Of a DNA stretch of 64,000 bases, positions 13,101 through 24,919 are shown one piece after another. A program made the position numbers and the translations under genes. The notes under the pieces are model-generated. The model was not told where the DNA came from, did not search any database, and saw only the letters and a list, made by a program, of their open reading frames with translations. Location of the stretch: NCBI GenBank assembly GCA_964016885.1, contig OZ024744.1, positions 107,508,001-107,572,000 of the forward strand. Direction: 5' to 3'. This DNA is from Eledone cirrhosa (Eukaryota). The first letter of the stretch is position 1. Every line of letters begins with the position of its first letter.

Positions 13101-15310
13101 TCACTGTCATGTAGCACTGTAGTTCATTCTGCAGTCAATGCCCATGTTTCACTGTCATGTAGCACTATAGTTCATTCTACAGTCAAGGCCCATGTTTCAC
13201 TGTCATGTAGCAGTATAGTTCATTCTGCAGTCAAGGCCCATGTTTCACTGTCATGTAGCACTATAGTTCATTCTGCAGTCAAGGCCCATGTTTCACTGTC
13301 ATGTAGCAGTATAGTTCATTCTGCAGTCAAGGCCCATGTTTCACTGTCATGTAGCAGTATAGTTCATTCTGCAGTCAAGGCCCATGTTTCACTGTCATGT
13401 AGCACTATAGTTCATTCTGCAGTCAAGGCCCATGTTTCACTGTCATGTAGCATTATAGTTCATTCTACAGTCAAGGCCCATGTTTCACTGTCATGTAGCA
13501 CTATAGTTCATTCTGCAGTCAAGGCCCATGTTTCACTGTCATGTAGCACTATAGTTCATTCTGCAGTCAAGGCCCATGTTTCACTGTCATGTAGCACTAT
13601 AGTTCATTCTGCAGTCAAGGCCCATGTTTCACTGTCATGTAGCACTATAGTTCATTCTGCAGTCAAGGCCCATGTTTCACTGTCATGTAGCACTATAGTT
13701 CATTCTGCAGTCAAGGCCCATGTTTCACTGTCATGTAGCACTATAGTTCATTCTGCAGTCAAGGCCCATGTTTCACTGTCATGTAGCACTATAGTTCATT
13801 CTGCAGTCAAGGCCCATGTTTCACTGTCATGTAGCACTATAGTTCATTCTGCAGTCAAGGCCCATGTTTCACTGTCATGTAGCACTATAGTTCATTCTGC
13901 AGTCAAGGCCCATGTTTCACTGTCATGTAGCATTGTAGTTCACACACAGGTACCATACAATCTACCCTTCACTCTGAGACAGAGGGCCTTTATCCTCCCC
14001 CACTGCTGATTAAGTCCCCTAAGTATCAAAAGCTGTCATCTACTTCTAAAGAGCCTCCCTGGTAACTGAAGATATTTATTTCACATGTGTTCTAAGTGTT
14101 TACTTCTCCTGGGTATCTGCTGAATACAAAGTCTATCTTCTCCATTAACCTGCCTGCAATTCCACTAGATCCTTCGTGTGTCCATAAATTACACTGTGTG
14201 CACCTTATAGAATTTATGCTTTACCTTTTCAACATCTCTAGCTTCCCTGATTCTATTAGCTTTTTTTCTCTTTCCTACTTCAGACCTTTGTTCTAAATTT
14301 ACTTTTAGGCCTTTCAACTCTAGGTTCTTCTTCTATACTTAGTATTTTGCCTCTAACTCTTCAATGGATACAGCTATAAGGACTAGATCATCAGCATATA
14401 AGAGCTCCCATGGAGTGCTAGTTTTAAACTACTCAGTGATGGCTTGAAAGACAATGATAAACAGAAATGAACTGAGTGGTGTATCACCTGCACTTTTAAT
14501 TCATCACTGTACTCATTGCCAACTTTCACTCTGCTGATTGCAACTTTATTCTTGACTTGCCCTTAGCTAAGTACTTCTGTAGTTGTCTCACCAGAAAAAG
14601 GGTATCTGTAGTACTCCTACTTGTCATAAAGCCAGACTATATTTCATCTAACTTAATTCTGATCCTAATTTGTGCTATAACTCATTCAGTAACCTTCATG
14701 ACCTGGTCCATCAATTTAATGCTCTTGTAGCAGTTTACAATAATACTGCTATGCCAGTCATTCAGTATGACACCACATCCTCTACTACTTAATTATACCA
14801 GATGTTTTTTAGCAATTATACCTTCCCTACCTTCAGGTCCTTAATTACTACTGCTGCCCTTCATTCAGCAGTCTCTCGTAGTGGGTCTTCTATGCCTCTT
14901 ACATTTTTGTTTTGTTTTTTCAGCATCAGACAGAGCCAGAGCTCCACTGTCATTTTGGACACACTTTTCTCCAGCCACTTCATGAATTTCTCTAGCATAC
15001 TGTTTCACAATCCTGAACACTTCACAAATGTAGAACATTTACAAACATCTTCTTTTCTGCTTCTCTCCTTGCTAGGTATACTTGGTGCCTGGTCTTTTTT
15101 CTAACTATTTGGTATTGCTCCTTGTCCCCCAATTTCCTTTAGTCTTTCCAGGCATGTCATTTTGTTTTTATGGCTCTATCTACCATATCATTTCACCACC
15201 ATGTCACTTGCTCCAACTGCGGACCTGGTTTGTGGCTTTCAGCAAGTTGTCCCATAGAAATTCACAATTTTTCTCTCTTATATGTCTCCATCTTGACTTC
15301 CTCCTGGGGA
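7177..15310 (-). mobile_element. Degenerate RTE-clade LINE, internally expanded by the 48-bp satellite
   Basis: Minus strand reads PWELLYADDLV (about 14381-14415), CLRVKGRLYGTCV*TTMLHDSETW (about 13910-13985) and RLCWYGHVMCMEDN (about 8101-8143). 3' UTR modules and a (GAT)n tail lie at about 7177-7195. Confidence 0.85.
8281..13941. repeat. 48-bp tandem satellite, about 118 copies
   Basis: Unit cattctgcagtcaaggcccatgtttcactgtcatgtagcactatagtt. Variant patterns recur at 960-bp spacing (e.g. 10861 vs 11821). Confidence 0.98.
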
Positions 15311-15362
15311 TAATGATGTCTATATTATGGCAAAAATTAATATATATGAGTCACAATGTGTG

Positions 15363-15680
15363 AAGGCATATGATTTAGTGGTTATGGTGTTCAGCTTACA
15401 ATCGTAAGATCATCAGGTCGATTCCTGGCAACACATCGTACCCTTGAGCAAGGCACTTTATTTTACATTGCTTCAATCCATTCAGCTAACGAAAATTTTT
15501 CACAACTGTAATTCAGAAGGTTAACTTTGTAACACACTGTCTCACACTGACTCGCTTGTAGTGTTAAGGATACACATGTTTCTGGAATGCTCAGCCATTT
15601 GCATGTTAATTTCATGAGCTGGCTGTTCAAATGCTAAAAAAACTAGAATGCTCATTATCGGAACTGCCAGAGGTCCATGA
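15363..15680 (+). mobile_element. tRNA-derived CORE-type SINE
   Basis: A/B-box-like head (tgatttagtggtta; ggtcgattcc) followed by the CORE-like motif cccttgagcaaggcactttattttacattgc. Confidence 0.65.
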
Positions 15681-15994
15681 GAAAATCTCAAAATTTTCTT
15701 AAACAATTATAAACCTTTCTTTAGATGAATTTATTTCAAAATAATTAATAAATTTTAGCTAATGTTTATTATTTATAGGTAGTGAATTAGTAGGCTTGTT
15801 AGGACATTGAATTAAATGTTGAAATCTTCTTGAGGTCAACTTTACCTTTCATCTTTTCACTGTTGATAACTAAAGTACCAATCCAGGTTGGTGGAGTTAT
15901 GGAATTGCTAAAGAGATGGACAGTAATCTTTGCAGTCTCTGATGTGGCTCAAAATGTCCTGGGTTCAAATCATGCCAGAAAAGTAGTGATACTT

Positions 15995-17312
15995 CTGCCA
16001 GGATTTGTGACTGACAGATAGTATCAGTAATGGAAACATTGTTTCTTTGGTCTGATCTGATGATCAGTTCCTTTCTACTGCCAGGAGTTGTGACTGACAG
16101 ATAGTATCAGTAATGGAAAGACTAATGGAAACATTGTTTCTTTGGTCTGATCTGATGATCAGCTCCTTTCTACTGCCAGGAGTTGTGACTGACAGATAGT
16201 ATCAGTAATGGAAAGACCAATGGAAACATTGTTTCTTTGGTCTGATCTGATGATCAGCTCCTTTCTACTGCCAGGAGTTGTAACTGACAGATAGTATCAC
16301 CAATGGAAAGACTAATGGAAACATTGTTTCTTTGGTCTGATCTGATGATCAGCTCCTTTCTACTGCCAGGAGTTGTGACTGACAGATAGTATCAGTAATG
16401 GAAAGACCAATGGAAACATTGTTTCTTTGGTCTGATCTGATGATCAGCTCCTTTCTACTGCCAGGAGTTGTGACTGACAGATAGTATCAGTAATGGAAAG
16501 ACTAATGGAAACATTGTTTCTTTGGTCTGATCTGATGATCAGCTCCTTTCTACTGCCAGGAGTTGTGACTGATAGACAGTATCACTAATGGAAAGACCAA
16601 TGGAAACATTGTTTCTTTAGTCTGATCTGATGATCAGCTCCTTTCTACTGCCAGGAGTTGTGACTGACAGATAGTATCAGTAATGGAAAGACTAATAGAA
16701 ACATTGTTTCTTTAGTCTGATCTGATGATCAGTTCCTTTCTACTGCCAGGAGTTGTGACTGACAGATAGTATCAGTAATGGAAAGACCAATAGAAACATT
16801 GTTTCTTTAGTCTGATCTGATGATCAGCTCCTTTCTTCTGCCAGGAGTTGTGACTGACAGATAGTATCAGTAATGGAAAGACCAATAGAAACATTGTTTC
16901 TTTAGTCTGATCTGATGATCAGCTCCTTTCTTCTGCCAGGAGTTGTGACTGACAGATAGTATCAGTAATGGAAAGACCAATAGAAACATTGTTTCTTTGG
17001 TCTGATCTGATGATCAGCTCCTTTCTACTGCCAGGAGTTGTGACTGACAGATAGTATCAGTAATGGAAAGACCAATAGAAACATTGTTTCTTTAGTCTGA
17101 TCTGATGATCAGTTCCTTTCTACTGCCAGGAGTTGTGACTGACAGATAGTATCAGTAATGGAAAGACCAATGGAAACATTGTTTCTTTGGTCTGATCTGA
17201 TGATCAGTTCCTTTCTTCTGCCAGGAGTTGTGACTGACAGATAGTATCACTAATGGAAAGACTAATGGAAACATTGTTTCTTTGGTCTGATCTGATGATC
17301 AGCTCCTTTCTT
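15995..17312. repeat. 95-bp tandem minisatellite, about 14 copies
   Basis: ccaggagttg recurs at 16081, 16176 and onward. Unit ctgccaggagttgtgactgacagatagtatcagtaatggaaagactaatggaaacattgtttctttggtctgatctgatgatcagctcctttcta. Confidence 0.97.
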
Positions 17313-17418
17313 TTATATTTTATAGATTTGGAATGCTTTTCTTTAGTATCTAAAATTATATTAAAAACACAGCTTTAATTAACTTCATGTAACATCTATG
17401 TATGTATATATCTGTGTG

Positions 17419-17519
<101 letters not shown>

Positions 17520-17551
17520 GGATATGTACATATTCATTCTTTTGTTATCAG

Positions 17552-17684
17552 GCTGTAAGTGGCAATTTAACTCCGGCAGCAGTTCGCACAGCAGTTCCAC
17601 GACAACCAATCTCACTTACAGTGCAAGACATCAATTCTGTGACGGCAAGTCAGGTAGCGGCACAGGTAGCTGCTGCACAGGTGC

Positions 17685-17715
<31 letters not shown>

Positions 17716-17870
17716 GCAGTCAGTTGTAGCACAAACTGCAACTCCAGTACAAGTAACGACTGCCACCCTACAAACATCTGGAGCATCTGTCCTTCCTGCG
17801 ACCAGTCTAACAGCTATGCAGATCAGTTCACAGAGACTCTCTGCATCAAATCTCGTTGGTACTACAACAG
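17552..17870 (+). CDS. Exon 2 in window (contains poly-Q)
   Basis: ttttgttatcag|GCT ... ACAG|gtaatt; 319 nt, phase 0-1. Encodes AVSGNLTPAAVRTAVPRQPISLTVQDINSVTASQVAAQ... Confidence 0.85.
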
Positions 17871-18096
17871 GTAATTATTATGATCACCATATAAACCATT
17901 AGAAATGAGAAAAGGGGACAGAGCCGCATGTGGGAATCAAACTCACATCTACTGTATGACTATCGGTTGTGTTACACTAAAATAAGACTAGCCATTTACC
18001 TGTCATTTTTAACCCTTAGCTATCAGCCAGCAGATGTAAAGAAATAGACAATAGTTTTACAAAACATTGATCAAACTTAAACTTGGAAAGTGTGTT

Positions 18097-18241
18097 AGCT
18101 TATTGTACGCTGCTACAATGTAAAGTAGTTTAACTGTAAAGTAGTTGAACAAGTTGGGCTTAAATCTCCACAGGTTTATATCCCCAACCTGTTCAACTAT
18201 TTTATAGTTAAAGACAGCATTGTTTCATCTTACAATAAGCT
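18097..18241. repeat. Intronic imperfect inverted repeat (MITE-like hairpin)
   Basis: agcttattgta...tttaactgtaaagtagttgaacaagttggg pairs with cccaacctgttcaactattttatagttaaa...tacaataagct. Confidence 0.7.
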
Positions 18242-18489
18242 GAAACTTCTGTTTCTTTCTGTATATTGTTGTATTTTGTACTGCCACGTAAAACACACAC
18301 ACTGGTTGAATTTCATTTCAGTTTCATTAATTAATGCATCAATCAGTTGGATTAATCAACCAATTAATTACTTGGTTTGTCAAAGTTCTTTCATCACTGC
18401 CTGTCACCTGATCAGTGCCTATTGCCCTCACTACCTTTATACTTATGTTTTCACTTTATCATTATGCATTTTCTTCTCTTGATATTCAG

Positions 18490-18593
18490 CCAGTGCAGCT
18501 GTTAAACATCAAATAACACAGCAACAAGGTAAAGGTACACAGCTCCTCCTGAAGACTCCACTCATCAGCAACCAAAAAATGGGGCCATTGACG
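18490..18593 (+). CDS. Exon 3 in window
   Basis: gatattcag|CC ... ACG|gtgagt; 104 nt, phase 1-0. Encodes (A)SAAVKHQITQQQGKGTQLLLKTPLISNQKMGPLT. Confidence 0.8.
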
Positions 18594-18735
18594 GTGAGTT
18601 AATCTCTAATATATAATATCATCATCAACATCACCATCACCATTATCGCCATTCCAACCACCACCATCATCAACCATATCCTTTTTTCCATGCTTGTATT
18701 GATTAGATAAATGGAATATATGAAAATATATATTC

Positions 18736-19065
18736 TTCTTCTTCTTCTTCGCCCACTTATTCCTGAGAGGGCTGTTGTTGGGGCAGAGTCCTCAAATACT
18801 CCTTCCAGTGGGTCCTGTGGTCAATGTGGCCATGCACCCTCTGGTGTATATGAGATGATCTGGGAGCAGTGACTAATCTCTCAGAGGCTGAGGTTGCAAG
18901 AGTAGTCAAAGAGCTCAAATGAGGCAAAGCTGCTGGGGAAGATGAAATCCGGCCCAAGATGTTAAAAATCTTAGAGAAGGTATTGTCTGGCTGATTCTTG
19001 TGTGCCAGATGGCCTGGATCTCTGGAAAGGCATTTAAGCAATCGGGAGTGATAATCCCAATTGTC
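18736..19065. mobile_element. Short RTE LINE insertion with inverted 5' part and 13-bp TSD
   Basis: 18736 to about 18835 is the 3' end and (GAA)n tail on the minus strand (matches 37500-37562 reversed). About 18840-19065 is RT upstream region on plus (EVARVVKELK*GKAAGEDEIRPKMLK). AAAATATATATTC occurs at 18723-18735 and 19066-19078. Confidence 0.8.
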
Positions 19066-19535
19066 AAAATATATATTCCTTTTCTCTAATTTCTGCCTTC
19101 ATAAATATTATATTTGTAGTGATTGGTGATACAGTATGGTTGAATAGTTGAGAAGTTTGCTTTGCACAACTTTAGGTCCCTAGTTGTGTCCCACTGTCTG
19201 CCAAATCCTGTGAATGAAAACTATTTGGAAGTCCATTGGATTGACTGTGTGTGTAATTTGATGTGGCCAGCCTTGGCACGCACTGTTATGCTGAATCTTC
19301 CTGAGAATTACATTAGGGGTATGCATGTCTATGAGATGATCAGCCATTTCAACATTGTTATAAGCAAGCTGTTTCATTGATCAAACAACTGTAATACTTA
19401 TAAACAACTGAGTTTCATTCCATTTGTAGTACTTCAGCCGGAGCAACATTATGGATGGTTTTAGCCAAATGCAAACATAGAGAATTCATTTATTTATTTT
19501 TCATATATTTAGTTATTTTTATTTATATATCTATA

Positions 19536-19850
19536 GGAGGCACATGGCTTAGTGGTTAGAGCATTGGCCTAGCAATCGAAAGGTTGTGAGTTCAATTCTC
19601 AGACAAGGTGATGTGTTGTTTCCTTGAGCAAGACACTTTATTTCACATTGCTCCAGTTTACTCAGCTGTAGAAATGAGATGATAGGGACTGGGGTCCTTA
19701 TCATTCCACTGCAAAGCGGTCGTGCAGGTGTCATGGCAAAAAAGCACCCAGCACTCACTGTAAATGAGGTTGGTGTAGAAATCAAGCCAGAATCAGTTCC
19801 CGTCCCACCCTTGCAAGCAGGGTAAAGCGGACGTAAAATGATGATGATGA
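19536..19850 (+). mobile_element. tRNA-derived CORE SINE with RTE-derived 3' tail
   Basis: tggcttagtggttag A box, gagttcaattc B box and ccttgagcaagacactttatttcacattgctccag CORE. Ends ggacgtaaaatgatgatgatga, like the RTE 3' end at 21375-21400. Confidence 0.8.
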
Positions 19851-20436
19851 TAGCACATCCATAATTGCCATACTTGATATGCCTCTCTTACCAACTGATA
19901 TCATACTTATCCTTCTTACCTCCTCACATTAAGTAGAGAAAGCTCATCAGTTGAGTCAATGACCAACAGCCTCCCCTATGATAAAATGCACCCAGTACAC
20001 TCTGTAAAGAGGTTGGAAGAGATTCTAACTGTAGAAACCCTGTTTAAAAGGTATGAGAAGATTCTTCAGCTGAGTCAAATACATGACAACATATCTATTG
20101 TTGGTGCCATGATAAAAAGTACTCAATACACTCTGTAGAGTTCAGGAATGTATGTAAGTAAGATCAGCTTTGGCTGGCCCGAGAGATTAATGACTTTGAA
20201 TAAGTACTGAAATAAATACATGAAATGATGATTCATTTTCATTGATTTACCTACTCAGTAGTGAAGGAATTGTTTGTTGTATGACAGGCAACACTCGTTA
20301 TTTGTAATTCTTCTATTTTTATTTTTTTATATTAAGGCAGCCAATTAGCAAAGTTTGTTAAAGCCTTGAGGACCCCATAACAAGCTTCTTCATTTGTGCC
20401 AAACTTTAATTTTTTCCCCTTCCTCTACCTTTCATA

Positions 20437-20686
20437 TTCCTCTCACCCAGTCACTTTCATCCTTCCTCAACACATGACCCAACCATCTCATTCTATTTCT
20501 ATTCCTCTCACCCAGTCACTTTCATCCTTTCTCAACACATGACCCAACCATCTCATTCTATTTCTATTCCTCTCACCCAGTCACTTTCATCCTTTCTCAA
20601 CACATGACCCAACCATCTCATTCTATTTCTATTCCTCTCACCCAGTCACTTTCATCCTTTCTCAACACATGACCCAACCACCTCAT
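20437..20686. repeat. 65-bp tandem repeat, about 4 copies
   Basis: tctcacccag at 20441, 20506, 20571 and 20636. Confidence 0.95.
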
Positions 20687-20699
20687 TTAAATGTTATCT

Positions 20700-21400
20700 G
20701 GTTTTGCCTGCACTTGGACTGATTTTCCTGGGCGTTGTGTGCTGCAGACTTGCTTAGATTAGAAAGAAACGAAACTTGCTTTGCTCCGATGGATATGTAA
20801 TTGTAATATACGCAAACGGCAAAGCATAAATGAATTGAGAGAGATACTAAGCATAAGAGGTATTAAATATTGTGTTCTGGAGAGGTGATTGCGTTGGTAT
20901 GGCCATGTGATGCGTATGAAGGACAACAGCTGTATAAAAAAGTGCAGAACAATCAAAATTGATGGAAGCTACGGAGTGGGTAGACCCAGAAAAACCTGGG
21001 ACGAGGTGATAAAAACTGACCTTGCTCACTTACACCTCTCTAAGACAATGTCACTGGGTCGAGGTCTTTGGCGCTATGCGGTTGTACAGAAGACCCACCT
21101 TCCCCTGCATACAAACTTAAACCTACAGTCAGTAGGCAACTCTTAACCCAATACACACCCCCACCCTACTCCATCCTACCACTTCCGTCCACTGTAAAGT
21201 GTAAGAGACACGGCAAAAAGGCTCCCAGTCCACACTGTAAAGTGGTTGGTGTTAGGAAGGGCATTCAGCCATAGAAAACCTGCCAGAGACAGTTCTGTAC
21301 GAGCGAGACACGGTCACCCGACCAATCTTGCGTCAAGTGGGACAAAACCGTCCAACCCATGCTAGCGTGGAAGATGGACGTTAAATGATAATGATGATGA
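20700..21400 (+). mobile_element. 3' fragment of an RTE LINE
   Basis: ORF 20889 reads RWYGHVMRMKDNSCIKKC...GRPRKTWDEVIKTDL. Ends ggacgttaaatgataatgatgatga. Confidence 0.85.
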
Positions 21401-21511
21401 TTACTAGCTCTATTCCCATCATGCTCTGCAAATTCATTGTTTGTCTTCCTCTCTCTCTCTCTCTTTCAGTAATACTCCTCATCCACTGGATCATTCTCAT
21501 TTCCATTCATC

Positions 21512-21750
21512 GTTACGGGGTCGATAAAATATAGTACCAGTAATACACTGGGTAATTGCTGGCCTTGTGCATAAAGTAGAAACAATTATTTCCAGATGCT
21601 TTGCAGCACAGTTACGTCCCTTTATGGTCTGAGTTCAAATCCCGTCGAGGTTAACTTTGCTTTTCATCCTTACGGGGTCGATAAAATAAAGTACCAGTAA
21701 TACACTGGGATAATTGCTGGCCTTGTGCCAAAAGTAGAAACAATTATTTC
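21512..21750 (+). mobile_element. Two adjacent partial copies of the tRNA-derived SINE family seen intact at 36083
   Basis: tacggggtcgataaaata(a)agtaccagtaatacactggg...ctggccttgtgc..aagtagaaacaatta occurs twice, with B box gagttcaaatcc. Other fragments lie near 2763, 6040, 37843 and 38522. Confidence 0.8.
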
Positions 21751-21825
21751 CAGACTTCTCTGTTACTCCAGATTCATCACCCATTTCTGCTTCCATAAAT
21801 CATGGCACTTCTCAAACATGCATCA

Positions 21826-22566
21826 CTTCAGTTTTAGTGACATTCCCATCATACACCTTTCACTTCAGTTTTAGTGACATTCCCATCATACACCTTTCCC
21901 TTCAGTTTTAGTGACATTCCCATCATACACCTTTCCCTTCAGTTTTAGTGACATTCCCATCATACACCTTTCCCTTCAGTTTTAGTGACATTCCCATCAT
22001 ACACCTTTCCCTTCAGTTTTAGTGACATTCCCATCATACACCTTTCCCTTCAGTTTTAGTGACATTCCCATCATACACCTTTCCCTTCAGTTTTAGTGAC
22101 ATTCCCATCATACACCTTTCCCTTCAGTTTTAGTGACATTCCCATCATACACCTTTCCCTTCAGTTTTAGTGACATTCCCATCATACACCTTTCCCTTCA
22201 GTTTTAGTGACATTCCCATCATACACCTTTCCCTTCAGTTTTAGTGACATTCCCATCATACACCTTTCCCTTCAGTTTTAGTGACATTCCCATCATACAC
22301 CTTTCCCTTCAGTTTTAGTGACATTCCCATCATACACCTTTCCCTTCAGTTTTAGTGACATTCCCATCATACACCTTTCCCTTCAGTTTTAGTGACATTC
22401 CCATCATACACCTTTCCCTTCAGTTTTAGTGACATTCCCATCATACACCTTTCCCTTCAGTTTTAGTGACATTCCCATCATACACCTTTCCCTTCAGTTT
22501 TAGTGACATTCCCATCATACACCTTTCCCTTCAGTTTTAGTGACATTCCCATCATACACCTTTCCC
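21826..22566. repeat. 37-bp tandem minisatellite, about 20 near-identical copies
   Basis: Unit cttcagttttagtgacattcccatcatacacctttcc. Confidence 0.98.
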
Positions 22567-22795
22567 TCACTTCCAAAAGCTTCTTCTATTCTCCTATCAT
22601 GTCACATTATTATCATCATCTAAAAGAAATCATTTTTGTAATTTCTCTGTCCCCAGGGGTACTTTACCTGATTTTCTCGAGTATTATTTATAGTGATCGA
22701 CTATTTTTATAGTCATTTACGCTGGGATGACTACATTTCAAATTATTGTGATTATTTTTCTATAGAAATCTCAGTTTGATTTGTTTTACCAACAG

Positions 22796-22879
22796 CAAGT
22801 TAAACGAGCTTTGAGTCAACCTGGGACACTGCCAAGCCAAAAACCTCCTCTTACTATTGCTAGTGTTGTTCAAATTCAG
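22796..22879 (+). CDS. Exon 4 in window (symmetric, possibly skippable)
   Basis: ttttaccaacag|CAA ... CAG|gtatgt; 84 nt, phase 0-0. Encodes QVKRALSQPGTLPSQKPPLTIASVVQIQ. Confidence 0.65.
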
Positions 22880-23526
22880 GTATGTTGATAAATGTATTCA
22901 TCTTCTTCTAACCCACCTTTCTCTTAAAACTCTTTCAACTAGAAACTTATTCCTTTTCGTTTGCATGTTTCTAATGAAACACACTGTATTTTCAAATAAT
23001 TTTGAAAGATTCAGTAATGTAACTAACTTTCTCATTAATATGAAATTTGGGACGTATAACCTAAATATTCTTACATAAAATTATAATGGACGGTTTTTAG
23101 ATAAATATAAGCACTTTAACCTTTTCGTTGCCATATTTCTAATAAAAGACATAGTCTACGATTTTTTAAATAATTTTGAAAATAACCAGAAATTTGGATG
23201 GATTTAGTATTATAACAAACTTTATTATTATTAAGTTAAATGTTTGGGCCAGAGGCTGGCATGGACATAACAAAAGAGCAGCAAGATCCAAGGAACAGAG
23301 ACTATTTTAGTAGCGGTAGAAGAGACAGAGAGAGAAAACAGTATGTGTGTGGGTGAGAGGCTGGAGTGTGTGAAAGAATGGTTTTAAATAAACCTATTAG
23401 TTGAGTAACAGCCTGAGTTGTTGGTCTCACCTGAGATTAGTAGTGGGTCATTAACTATTGTGGGTTCTCATATTTTATAGCCAGCAAATATGGTAATATA
23501 TATATAGTAAAAATAACGGAGCAAAG

Positions 23527-23955
23527 TGTGGTTAGAAAAAGTTATCTCACTTACCGCTTTTCACAGGCGCCGCTAAATTCCACTGCAGGTACTCCTCTTC
23601 CACGTGCATCCAACTGCTTAACACCGGGAGCTGCCCAAAACTCGCGTCCACTCCGTTTGCTGGTCACCACTAGAGAGAGGCCCTCTGCTGGCCCTTCTGG
23701 TCGAGCATCCTTCCGGCCAAACACCCTTCCGGTCGAGCACTCCCCCGCTTGCCACACACCCTTCCGGTCGAGCACTCCCCCGCTTGCCACACACCCTTCC
23801 GGTCGAGCACTCCCCTGCTTGCCACACACCCTTCCGGTCGAGCACTCCCCCGCTTGCCACACACCCTTCCGGTCGAGCACTCCCCTGCTTGCCACACACC
23901 CTTCCGGTCGAGCACTCCCCCGCCTCCGGCCACCGCACGCCACACCATACCCACA
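23527..23955 (-). mobile_element. Solo LTR of the family at 43637-46730, with an internal 35-bp tandem repeat (about 6 copies)
   Basis: TGTGG...CCACA termini. The 5-bp TSD CAAAG is at 23522-23526 and 23956-23960. Aligns end to end with 46493-46730. Confidence 0.9.
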
Positions 23956-24667
23956 CAAAGGACTCGCGTATAATCCTGTAATTAAATGAGCTCAAAGGAA
24001 ATAGTTTTCCTCGGCACTTTAAAATACAATATATAGAGGGGGAAAGACAGAAGAGTGTGTTTTTCATTACAGGAATTTCGAACCACCAGCGTGAAGAGAA
24101 TATAAGCTACTAGAGGCATTGGTGAAACATTAAAATTAAAAGTATAAATTGAAATGAAAAACCATCCTCGCCTAAATCACACATGTACACACTCACCAGG
24201 AGCATGTTTCGCCATTTTAGTGGGTTCCAATACAGCCCGGTGGGTCATCAGTATGTGGAAGGCCGATATTGTCCGCACTGCTAGAGTATACTAAAGTAAA
24301 CCACCCTTCACACGTGTAGACATAAGAGAAATGCGCGCTCGGGGCAGTAACCGGTGGCATGAACAGAACAAGCTGCTAGAAATGGCAGCCTATACTATTC
24401 AATTTATGGTGCTCAATTTATATATATAAATTAACTGATTAAGCACTCAATACCGGTGAGTAGCATGTAAGAAATTTATTCTTTTATTAGAAAAGTGGTT
24501 GTGACTTTGAAGTTTCAACTTGGTTTCTTCATTTAGCTGTGTATATATTGTAAGACATGTGTAACGCACACCATGGAAAGTTGGTTTATATATATATATA
24601 TATATGGTGTGTGTGTATGTATGAGTATGTATGCATGTATGTATATATTTGTTTTCTGTTTGTTTAG

Positions 24668-24796
24668 CAAGGACAAAAGCACAGTAACAAAGCACAAAGG
24701 CAATACCGCAGTGACATGAGCATGAACATGATTTTCAAGCCACCACAGCAACAGTTACACTGCTTAACACAACAGAAACCACAACAACAAACACAG

Positions 24797-24828
<32 letters not shown>

Positions 24829-24919
24829 ACAACAACAAACAACATTGCAGATACAAAAGACTGTTGCACAAGCTCAAAGTACTCAAACGCAATCAGCAAT
24901 GCCATCTGCCCAGGGACAG
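24668..24919 (+). CDS. Exon 5 in window (poly-Q)
   Basis: ttctgtttgtttag|CAA ... CAG|gtttgt; 252 nt, phase 0-0. Encodes QGQKHSNKAQRQYRSDMSMNMIFKPPQQQ...SAQGQ. Confidence 0.85.

Larger units (their letters stand above)
20340..22600 (-). mobile_element. Fragmented RTE LINE copy hosting two minisatellites and nested insertions
   Basis: Minus strand reads MRWLGHVLRKDESDWVR (20440-20690) and SLKLKGKVYD / ACLRSAMIYGS (21790-21870). Confidence 0.65.

Noticed and set aside
8388-14009. 1695-aa His/Cys/Ser repeat ORF (HSAVKAHVSLSCSTIV)n as a structural or metal-binding protein
   Set aside because: It is the antisense reading of a 48-bp (divisible by 3) LINE-derived satellite inside an intron. An indel near 8850 breaks the frame, and there is no credible start, signal peptide or splice context.
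23528-24067. Overlapping 74-153-aa ORFs on both strands
   Set aside because: By-products of a GC-rich LTR with a 35-bp tandem repeat.
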